Source of the DNA: Dehalococcoidia bacterium | Lineage (GTDB): Bacteria; Chloroflexota; Dehalococcoidia; DSTF01; JALHUB01 | Direction: 5' to 3' | Length of the DNA stretch: 64,000 nt | Assembly: GCA_034420175.1 (NCBI GenBank) | Contig: DAOULP010000083.1 | Location: 191 to 64,190, forward strand | In this document: piece after piece, positions 19,496 through 26,487 of the stretch | Layout of the letters: every line of letters begins with the position of its first letter | Position numbering within the stretch: the stretch's first letter is position 1 | Notes under the pieces: model-generated | What the model saw: the letters and a program-made list of their open reading frames with translations, nothing else | The model's database searches: none | What the model was told of the DNA's origin: nothing | Translations under genes and position numbers: made by a program

Positions 19496-19966
19496 ATGAC
19501 GAAGCTGATACTGCTAGCGACACTCATGGGGGGCCTGGCGCTCTGTGCAGTGGCATACGCCACTGACTCCTGGACCGACTCCCAGACGGCGAACGGCTCC
19601 ATCAGCGCCGCGCCAGACACGGACGGTGACGGACTGTGGAATCCCGTTGACCCTGATGACGACAACGATGGGATATGTGACCCAGGAGTCGTTGACCCGT
19701 CATGTACGGGGTCCGACAACTGCCCCCTTGTCCCCAACTCCGACCAGGCGGACGGCGATGGAGATGGCATCGGTGACGCCTGCGACCAACCCGCTGCCGT
19801 GGGCGGCATCGCCGAACTCCCGGAAGCGGCTACGGCCGCTTTGCCAGAGCGCAGGTCGTCGCCTCCTAACACTGGCGTGCTTGCTGGCCTTTCAGCAGGT
19901 GGCGCCCTGTTGCTGACGGCGGCTGCCTGGTACGCCAGGAGGCGCCGACTCCGCCGAAGGGCTTGA
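19496..19966 (+). CDS. Secreted Ca-binding thrombospondin-type-3-repeat protein with a C-terminal sorting-signal-like anchor
   Basis: Signal MTKLILLATLMGGLALCAVAYA then SWTDSQTANGSISAA, the same motif as the upstream gene. DTDGDGLWNPVDPDDDNDGICD and DNCPLVPNSDQADGDGDGIGDACD are TSP3-like repeats. C-terminus PPNTG + GVLAGLSAGGALLLTAAAW + YARRRRLRRRA has LPXTG-like topology. Confidence 0.55.
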   Translation: MTKLILLATLMGGLALCAVAYATDSWTDSQTANGSISAAPDTDGDGLWNPVDPDDDNDGICDPGVVDPSCTGSDNCPLVPNSDQADGDGDGIGDACDQPAAVGGIAELPEAATAALPERRSSPPNTGVLAGLSAGGALLLTAAAWYARRRRLRRRA

Positions 19967-20098
19967 TGCCTCCGGGTCAGCCAGTATAGAATCCCCTCGT
20001 CAGCCATTTGGGCAAGGCGACCAGGGGATTCGTTCAGAGACCAGGGTTACCGACTTGCCTGCGGAGATTCGGGCAGACAAGTTCGCACCCGATATTGA

Positions 20099-20153
20099 AG
20101 CAGGGGACTCATAAGCCCTTGGTCGCAGGTTCGAATCCTGCCGCTGCTACCAA
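20099..20153 (+). repeat. Direct repeat: 55-nt copy of the 3' part of tRNA-Met (D-stem 3' half through CCA), no 5' half. Att-site-like.
   Basis: Identical to 18409-18463. Upstream sequence does not complete a tRNA. Confidence 0.85.
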
Positions 20154-20168
20154 CCCCCTTGGCCTCCT

Positions 20169-20453
20169 GTGGCAATGCCATTCACAGTGTATGTCCTTCG
20201 GAGCCTGCGCAATGGGCGCCACTACGTTGGGTTCACGTCGCGGAGTCTAGAGCAGCGTCTGGAGGAGCACAACCGCGGGTATCCGAAGGGGTGGTCTTCC
20301 CGCAACGGACCGTTCGAAGTGGTTTATCAGGAGACGCAGGAGTCTGAGGGGGAGGCAAGGGCCAGGGAGCGTTTTCTCGAGGGTGGTGGCGGTAGGGAGT
20401 GGCTGCGCGCGCGGCTGGCAGCGTACCCGCCTGCGGCGGGAGGCGGCTCATAA
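20169..20453 (+). CDS. GIY-YIG nuclease domain protein (YhbQ/UPF0213-like, 94 aa)
   Basis: FTVYVLRSLRNGRHYVGFTSRSLEQRLEEHNRG...PFEVVYQE is the canonical GIY-YIG core. Its TAA stop codon lies inside the anticodon-loop segment (ctcATAA) of the downstream tRNA-fragment repeat. Confidence 0.75.
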   Translation: MAMPFTVYVLRSLRNGRHYVGFTSRSLEQRLEEHNRGYPKGWSSRNGPFEVVYQETQESEGEARARERFLEGGGGREWLRARLAAYPPAAGGGS

Positions 20454-20515
20454 GCCCTTGGTCGCAGGTTCGGCCGGACGGCCGCCCGTCGGGGCGAATC
20501 CTGCCGCTGCTACCA
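20447..20515 (+). repeat. Third partial tRNA-Met 3' copy (anticodon loop through CCA), carrying a 24-nt hairpin insertion in the T-loop. Followed by a degenerate copy of the tRNA terminator flank.
   Basis: ctcataagcccttggtcgcaggttcg[GCCGGACGGCCGCCCGTCGGGGCG]aatcctgccgctgctacca. The insert has a GACGG-CCGC-CCGTC hairpin. The downstream tcttgaatctgtcccctg..ggggac matches the flank of copy 1. Confidence 0.8.
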
Positions 20516-20599
20516 AAGCCTCGTCTTGAATCTGTCCCCTGGTCGCGAGACTCGGGGACTCGCGTTTCCCAACCCGCTGTCTGACTTGGCCCAGCCCCG

Positions 20600-20628
20600 T
20601 TGATGTAACGGATGACCACGTGTACTAT
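20600..20628 (+). promoter_or_regulatory. Putative sigma-70-type promoter
   Basis: TTGATG, a 17-bp spacer, then TACTAT. Lies upstream of the GGAGGG RBS and GTG start of the small membrane protein gene. Confidence 0.35.
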
Positions 20629-20670
20629 CTGGGTGGACCGCCCAGGCCACAACAGCGGAGGGGTGCGCAA

Positions 20671-20931
20671 GTGCTGGAAGTGCTGACGTCAACCAGGGGC
20701 CGGGTCGGAGCCGCCCTCTTGACCAGTCTGGTCGTCGTGGCACTGGCCCTAACCTTCTTCAAAGATGCTCTCCCAATCGTGCCAGCAGGACTCGTCGCCG
20801 TCTGGGTGCCCGTCTTCGCTCCGCGCGAGCCTGTCTCGCCTCCCGCCAAGCGGCTGATGCTTGTCTTGACCGGAGTCCTGACCGCGCTGGCCGGGCTTGG
20901 CGTGCTCGTCTTCGTTCTCGTCGAGGCCTAA
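20671..20931 (+). CDS. Small membrane protein (about 86 aa, 3 predicted TM helices)
   Basis: GTG start with GGAGGGG RBS. Hydrophobic helices AALLTSLVVVALALTFF, LPIVPAGLVAVWVPVFA, LMLVLTGVLTALAGLGVLVFVLV. The ORF opens at 20620. Confidence 0.5.
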   Translation: MLEVLTSTRGRVGAALLTSLVVVALALTFFKDALPIVPAGLVAVWVPVFAPREPVSPPAKRLMLVLTGVLTALAGLGVLVFVLVEA

Positions 20932-21139
20932 TCCCCGCTGCCGCCCGACCGGCGACGCCAATCTTCTCTTGGACACCGCTCAGGTGCCGGGATACCGTCC
21001 TTGGAGCCAGGCGGACGGCTTGGGCGATCTCCTCGTTGCTCCGACCCTCGGCGATGAGCGGAAGCAGCCTGACTTCGGCCGCCGTCCGTCGCCTTCGACG
21101 CCGAGACGCGACCACCGGCCGTACAGATGCATCGACCAC
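20930..21139 (-). CDS. LuxR-family HTH domain protein. Possibly a truncated regulator. The ORF continues to 20759 as an Arg-rich tail that overlaps the opposite-strand membrane gene.
   Basis: TAAEVRLLPLIAEGRSNEEIAQAVRLAPRTVSRHLSGVQEKIGV is a complete LuxR_C/GerE-type HTH. No receiver or other N-terminal domain. Confidence 0.4.
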
Positions 21140-21394
21140 GGACTCGAAGGCGCGCTTCGTGGGGATAGGCGGAGGTAGGGAGGTGAAGCTGTGCTACGCC
21201 GGGCGCGTCCTGACGGAGAAACAGAACGGGTTGGTGGTGGACTCTGCTTGAGGCAACGTGCTGGTACCCGCCAGAACTCCCGCCCATGGTACAATGTGCG
21301 CCAACCCCGTCTCGCGAGCCGACGCTCCAGATCTCCGCAGAGATGCAGGACTCTTGGTCAGCGCCAGGCCTGACAGCATGGAGGCGTCCATCTG

Positions 21395-23986
21395 ATGATC
21401 CGCAGCGGACAGACTCCCGCACCTCCAGCGTGGCGGCCTCTTCTGGCTCTTGGGGCCGCCGCCTTGGTGGTCGGCCTCGCCCTCGGAGGTGTGCGGCCGA
21501 GCCGGGCCCAGCAGCCGCAGGAGGGATGGGCGGTATACGACGCAACCACCGACATCTCGTCCATGGGCCTCTTGGTGGCATCGACGGCGACCGTTGGTGA
21601 TATCCGAACCTGCACGCTCCTGGGCGGCGGCCTTTGCACAAGTGATCCTGCCACCGATCGGAAGCTCTCCGATGTGAATGTCACGATGGTGCTCGGGCCA
21701 TATCCCACTAAGTACGAGGCGCAGAAGGCGTTCTGCGACAACATCGTGCCAGACTCCGTATTCCGAGCGGCGCTGTCCTCGATGATGATGGCCCAGATGG
21801 CGTTTGATGGTCAGAACCACGGAATCAGCAACGGTCCGGCCTGTCCGCCCGCGACCCCGGCGCCGCCTACGGTGCGCCCGTCGACCCCGTCCGCAGTGGT
21901 GCCGATCGTACCGACAGCGACGCCGGAATTTGAGGGCTGCGTCATACGAGGGACCGTTCGGGACGCCGGCGCCAGTCCCACCGGCCAGTCCGTCGTGGGT
22001 CATCCTCTCGTTGGCGTGTACGTTGCCCTGGAGGCAGTCTCAGAGGAGCCAGCGAGGGCTGCCACCGACGACGCCGGCCGCTACGAGCTGGTCGTGACCA
22101 AAGATGACTTTCCAGGCTACTTCGATGCCGCAGTGGACACTGCGCGGGTGACGCTCCGCCTAAGGGACCTTGCCCACGAGCCCAGCCGCTTCGTGGTGGA
22201 GGTAGAGGACCAAGGTACTTGGCTACATAGCGATCGGTTCCTCCTCGCCGACGAGTGCGATGACGGCGTCGTGGAGAGGGACTTCCTCCTCGGCGACATC
22301 CCCTCCGACTACCAGGCATACTGGCCTGAGGCCGATCGCTGGGACGACATCGGCGAGATCTACGACCGCATCCACCGCGCGACCGAACTGGCGGATTTCC
22401 TGGGGCAACCCCTGGACTATAACCTGCCCGTCATGATCTGCGCCTTCTGCACGGGCATCGTCACGGATAGGCTGGACTACGCCGCGTGGTGCGGGGCCGC
22501 CAGCAATGGCGAATACTGCACAGATGGCCAGCCTTCCATTGAGCTGGGCGACAATACCAGCCTGCTCAGCGATGGCAACTGGCCCGACAACCGCGAGTAC
22601 CACGAGTTCGGCCATCACTTCATGGCGGACGCCTTCGATGACGCCATCCCGAGGAACAGCGGCGACGTCAACCACGGCGGCTACTACGAGAACCCCTCCA
22701 GCAGCGATTCGTGGGCAGAAGGCTTCGCCGAGTTCTTCTCCATCATGGTATCGAAGCACATCGATAACGAGCCTATGCCCCACCTCTACTGGCTTGGTGG
22801 TGGCCTCGAGAATCTGGAGCTCGAATACCGGCCGTGGTACGGACTGGGCTGGGGTGAGGAGTTCGCCATCGCCGGGCTCCTCCTGGACCTTGAGGATGGC
22901 CCCGAAGACTACGTCCAGGGCCGCGAGCAGCCCAACTTGCGCATCGCCTGGCACCACTTCTACGATGACCCCTCCCTGGGCCACCTCCTCATCGGTGAGG
23001 TAGTGAATGACTCGCCGTCGCCGGATCCCTACGAGGGCATTGACTACAGTGAGCAGACCATGGTCGCTGCCCAGTTCCTCGACGAGAATGGCCAGGAGGC
23101 GTTCGTAGGCTGGGCGTCCACCGTACCGTGGGACCTCCCTGCGCTGGGCGGACGCGGCTTCTTCTCCATTGCCCTGCCGCCGGACCTCACCTGGGACTCC
23201 TTCGCCGTTGTCGCCTTTGAAGGCCGCCCGGGCGACGTCCTCACAGACGACGATCCGGTGAATCTCACGCTGCAGGAGTTGTGGGACACTATCGTCCAAT
23301 ACGTAAGCGTCCAGCCCGAGAGCAACGGCTACCTCTTTGACGTCACCGACCTGTACGAGGCCATGAGGAGCAAGTTCGGGGGTCGAGATGCCGACGACAA
23401 CGGCATGGACGACATCGACCAGGTCTTCATCGCCCACGGCCTCTTCGCCGACACCGACGGCAACCAGAGCTTCCGCGGTGAAGTCCCCGGCCGCACCGAC
23501 CATCCCGCCTATCTGGAGTTTCCCGCCTACATCCCCAGACGCGACGCGCCGCCGGCGCCCGGCGCCCGCGTCGAGGTGAACGCGGGCAATGTGGATGCTC
23601 GCGTGTTGGTGCAGGTGACGCTGCCCGAACCGAACCAGTATCAGGGCTATAGCTACCTCGCGACGCCGGACACCGACAACCTCGTGCACGTCGCGATGCC
23701 TCCGCCCGAGTACGGCGGCACAGCGGCGCTCACCGTCCTGGCGCAGGGCTACAAGCCCGCCATCGCTGGCGTCATCGAGACCGAGACGTTCTGGGAAGAC
23801 GTTGAAGCGGGCAACGGCGAGCCGTTCCTCTCCTTCGATGTCACTCTCGAACGAGGAGATATCACCCCGTCGGACGGCTCCGGCGTCAACATCGGATGGC
23901 TGCTGGTGGGCGCGGGCGGCGTTGCCCTGATGACCGCGGCAGGAGCTTCGTTCGTGGTGATGCGCCGCCGAGGAGGGAATGCCTGA
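21395..23986 (+). CDS. Large secreted, C-terminally membrane-anchored zinc-metalloprotease-like protein (HEXXH)
   Basis: Signal peptide. CarboxypepD_reg-like beta-sandwich (GTVRDAGASPTGQ..GRYELVV). Zinc-binding motif YHEFGHHF (HExxH). C-terminal TM helix IGWLLVGAGGVALMTAAGASFVV then RRRGG. Confidence 0.55.
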   Translation: MIRSGQTPAPPAWRPLLALGAAALVVGLALGGVRPSRAQQPQEGWAVYDATTDISSMGLLVASTATVGDIRTCTLLGGGLCTSDPATDRKLSDVNVTMVLGPYPTKYEAQKAFCDNIVPDSVFRAALSSMMMAQMAFDGQNHGISNGPACPPATPAPPTVRPSTPSAVVPIVPTATPEFEGCVIRGTVRDAGASPTGQSVVGHPLVGVYVALEAVSEEPARAATDDAGRYELVVTKDDFPGYFDAAVDTARVTLRLRDLAHEPSRFVVEVEDQGTWLHSDRFLLADECDDGVVERDFLLGDIPSDYQAYWPEADRWDDIGEIYDRIHRATELADFLGQPLDYNLPVMICAFCTGIVTDRLDYAAWCGAASNGEYCTDGQPSIELGDNTSLLSDGNWPDNREYHEFGHHFMADAFDDAIPRNSGDVNHGGYYENPSSSDSWAEGFAEFFSIMVSKHIDNEPMPHLYWLGGGLENLELEYRPWYGLGWGEEFAIAGLLLDLEDGPEDYVQGREQPNLRIAWHHFYDDPSLGHLLIGEVVNDSPSPDPYEGIDYSEQTMVAAQFLDENGQEAFVGWASTVPWDLPALGGRGFFSIALPPDLTWDSFAVVAFEGRPGDVLTDDDPVNLTLQELWDTIVQYVSVQPESNGYLFDVTDLYEAMRSKFGGRDADDNGMDDIDQVFIAHGLFADTDGNQSFRGEVPGRTDHPAYLEFPAYIPRRDAPPAPGARVEVNAGNVDARVLVQVTLPEPNQYQGYSYLATPDTDNLVHVAMPPPEYGGTAALTVLAQGYKPAIAGVIETETFWEDVEAGNGEPFLSFDVTLERGDITPSDGSGVNIGWLLVGAGGVALMTAAGASFVVMRRRGGNA

Positions 23987-25101
23987 TGGCCGGCGATCGT
24001 ATCTGCCCCCAGTGCAACACCGTCGCCGCCGCCGATGCGAGTTTCTGCGACAATTGCGGCGCTGCGCTGTCGCAAGCCTGTCCTTCCTGCGGTAGGGAGT
24101 TGGCGCCCGGCCAGAGGTTCTGCGACGGGTGCGGCGCGCCGGTTGCTGCCGACACCGGCGCTCCCGGAGCGCCGCAGGACGCGCCGCCAGCGGCGGTAAT
24201 GCCACCTTCAACTCCGCGAGGGCGGCCCGGCCTCCCGGCTGCCCGGCGCGCGTTTCTCCTCCCGGCCGCGCTGCTCGGCGTTGGCCTGCTCCTTGCCGTC
24301 GTTGGCGCTGTCCTCGCCTTTCGCGGCGGCTCGGATGGTGACGACAGCTTCTCTCGCGCTCTCAGCAGATCCGGCGCGTTCAGGAGGGAGGCACCAGTGC
24401 CGGTCGACACCACGCCTCCCGGCGGCGCGCCCGATGATGAAGATGCGATCGTAGATGACGAGGATGCCCGCCCGACAGCCAGGCCGACGTCCACCGTGAC
24501 GCCCGAGCCTACGCTAAGCACGGCCTGGGGTGTTGTTCTGGAGGACGACTTCGATTCGGACGCCGGGCTCTGGCCCACCGGTGACTTTGAGGAAGGCAGT
24601 GCCAGCCGCACCAGGGACGTTGCGCAGGGCGTCTACAGCCTCTCGCTTGAATCCGAGGGAGGCTGGCTTGCTCCAGAGCTCGTTCCCGTCGACCTCGGAT
24701 CGGACTTCTACGTGGCTGTGGATGCGCTCAGGCAGGTGGGAGGCCCGGAGGCGGTCTGCGGCCTCATCATTGCGGGCAGCGGGACCTATCCTCGCGTGGC
24801 TCTGCTAGCCGCGGACCTGGACGGTAGTTTCCGCGTCTATCGCGTGGGCGAACAGGGCGCCGAGTTGGAGAATCTCATTGCCCTGACGCCCTCTTCCGCC
24901 ATCCAGGCTGGCTCGTTCAATAGCCTGGCCATCATTTCTCAAGGATCGCGTCTCGCCTTCTACATCAATACCGAGAAGGCCGGCGAGATCTATGATTCGC
25001 CGGTGGGCAACGTCGAATGGGCAGGCGTGGTGACGGGTCTCTGGGACGCCCGGGGCGCAGCCACCTGCCAGTTCGACAACTTCGAGGTGCGCGTTCCCTG
25101 A
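23986..25101 (+). CDS. Double zinc-ribbon (DZR) membrane protein with an extracytoplasmic domain
   Basis: AGGAGGGA RBS. ATG overlaps the upstream TGA (TGATG). CPQCNTVAAADASFCDNCGAAL and CPSCGRELAPGQRFCDGCGAPV are zinc ribbons. Single TM (AFLLPAALLGVGLLLAVVGAVLAF). About 250-aa C-terminal domain. Confidence 0.65.
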   Translation: MAGDRICPQCNTVAAADASFCDNCGAALSQACPSCGRELAPGQRFCDGCGAPVAADTGAPGAPQDAPPAAVMPPSTPRGRPGLPAARRAFLLPAALLGVGLLLAVVGAVLAFRGGSDGDDSFSRALSRSGAFRREAPVPVDTTPPGGAPDDEDAIVDDEDARPTARPTSTVTPEPTLSTAWGVVLEDDFDSDAGLWPTGDFEEGSASRTRDVAQGVYSLSLESEGGWLAPELVPVDLGSDFYVAVDALRQVGGPEAVCGLIIAGSGTYPRVALLAADLDGSFRVYRVGEQGAELENLIALTPSSAIQAGSFNSLAIISQGSRLAFYINTEKAGEIYDSPVGNVEWAGVVTGLWDARGAATCQFDNFEVRVP

Positions 25102-25427
25102 CGCCGGTCCAGCGGCGCTCTCGCAGACGCGCGCGATCCCGCCGAAACGCACCGTGTGAGAACAAGGATGGCGTCGTGCGCGGCGCGCTCGCGGACGGGT
25201 CGGTCAGGGCCCTCCGCCCAGCGTCCCCTTCCCGCCCACGACGGCAATGGACGTGAGGTTCTCGTCGAGGTCGATTGTCTTCACACCGGCGCCGGTGTTC
25301 CGGTCCCTACTTGAGGGGGCGTTGGAGCAATCGAGCCGGCCCGCCTGCGTTCTCCCTCCTGCAGAGGTGGCGAACCGGCCCGAATATCGGAGTTGGTGGA
25401 GACGGGGGAGAATTGAACTAACCCTAT

Positions 25428-25453
25428 GGCGTCTGTAGGCGTCGCTAGGCGTC
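25428..25453 (+). repeat. Three direct GGCGTC repeats at 10-bp phasing (ctatGGCGTCtgtaGGCGTCgctaGGCGTCggtt)
   Basis: Seen directly in the 540-bp gap between convergent genes. Possible regulator-binding iteron or chance. Confidence 0.3.
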
Positions 25454-25641
25454 GGTTGCAGATTCAGAATGGCCCTCTGCCGTCGCCCCCAGTCGCTGCG
25501 TCTGGCGGTCAGATTGGCGGTCAAGAATCCGTCCGCGTGCGACAGCCTCTCTACAACAGATCTGCGACCAGCTGGCCCGACAGGACGGCGGCAAGAACCA
25601 TGAGGGAGCCGACGAAGAACCCGTGGAGCCACCAGCGGAAT

Positions 25642-26373
25642 CTACTCTCGTGCTTCACCCGAGACTCGCCACCCAGCAAGGGGTTCGAAATAGGGCTCCA
25701 GCCTCGGGGCGAGCCCCAAGAATGAAGTCGAGTAGCTGATGAGATGGTAGTACAGCAGCCCCAGAGCTGCCGCCCGGCCGTTGACGGCTTGGAATGGCGC
25801 GTCACTCTCCCACTGTATCCTGTGGCCCTTTGCGACGAGAATCCCGCGGCTCAGAACGCAAATGAGATCCACAACGCCCTGGGCTTCCTCTTTCAGGAGT
25901 GTCTGCCACGTGGCACCCTCGTAGGCAAAGACGCAGCACAAGGGACGACTGTGGACAGGCCCTCGGCTCAACCCCGTGAAACCACCAGCGGGAGCCAGGT
26001 TCCTAACTCGTTTGAGCGCCGTCACAGCCTCTGCCAGTTTTTCCCTCGTCAGTTTCGACTTGACCTCAATGACAGCGAAGACGCCCTCGACCAGGTAGGC
26101 GTCCGCGCCGCCATACTCGAGTGAGGCAGCATCTTCTCTTAGTATGATGAGTTCGAGTTGTCCAGACTTATTGCCCTGGCTGTCCCATATCTCGCCTGGT
26201 CGGATGGTCAGCTTCGGCGGCAGGACGCGCTCCAGGAAGTTGCTGCAGAACAACTCCCGATTGTACCCCACGTTTGCAGACGCGCCCTGTTGCCCGGACC
26301 TTCGATACTGGCGAAGAAGCACACCGGACGTGTCATCGAAGTACTCGTAGAGGACGGGGCGCGAGATGCTCAC
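25642..26373 (-). CDS. Hypothetical protein, possibly PD-(D/E)xK nuclease-like
   Basis: 243 aa. Candidate catalytic-core motifs D..(QLELIIL)..EVK (GVFAVIEVKSKL). Lower local GC. Divergent from the AlbA_2/Schlafen gene. Confidence 0.4.
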   Translation of the reverse strand: MSISRPVLYEYFDDTSGVLLRQYRRSGQQGASANVGYNRELFCSNFLERVLPPKLTIRPGEIWDSQGNKSGQLELIILREDAASLEYGGADAYLVEGVFAVIEVKSKLTREKLAEAVTALKRVRNLAPAGGFTGLSRGPVHSRPLCCVFAYEGATWQTLLKEEAQGVVDLICVLSRGILVAKGHRIQWESDAPFQAVNGRAAALGLLYYHLISYSTSFLGLAPRLEPYFEPLAGWRVSGEARE

Positions 26374-26487
26374 AACGGCCGTATTCTAGCACACAGCAAG
26401 CCTCGTGGCGTTCACGAATATCGCCTCGGGCTGTACAATACGTCCGGTTCCGGCCGAGACCGCCGACTAGGTTGGAGCTAGCCCGAA

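Noticed and set aside
20099-20515. Treating the two downstream tRNA-like copies as additional functional tRNA-Met genes
   Set aside because: Both lack the acceptor 5' strand and D-arm. The third also has a 24-nt insertion in the T-loop. They are att-site-like fragments, not genes.
18464-20570. Searched for an integrase, recombinase or transposase associated with the tRNA repeats
   Set aside because: No ORF in or near the array shows tyrosine-recombinase (R..H..R..Y) or serine-recombinase motifs. The only enzyme-like gene is the GIY-YIG protein.
20759-20929. The Arg-rich 3' extension of the LuxR-HTH ORF as genuine coding sequence
   Set aside because: Composition (RPRRERRRARQARPARSGLRSRQ...) is non-protein-like. 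It overlaps a better-supported opposite-strand membrane gene. It probably reflects loss of the original stop or a pseudogene.
22223-24211. 662-aa minus-strand ORF antisense to the metalloprotease-like gene
   Set aside because: Antisense artefact. Arg/Gly/Val/Ala-rich with no signal peptide or domain. The plus-strand gene has a signal peptide, HEXXH and a TM anchor.
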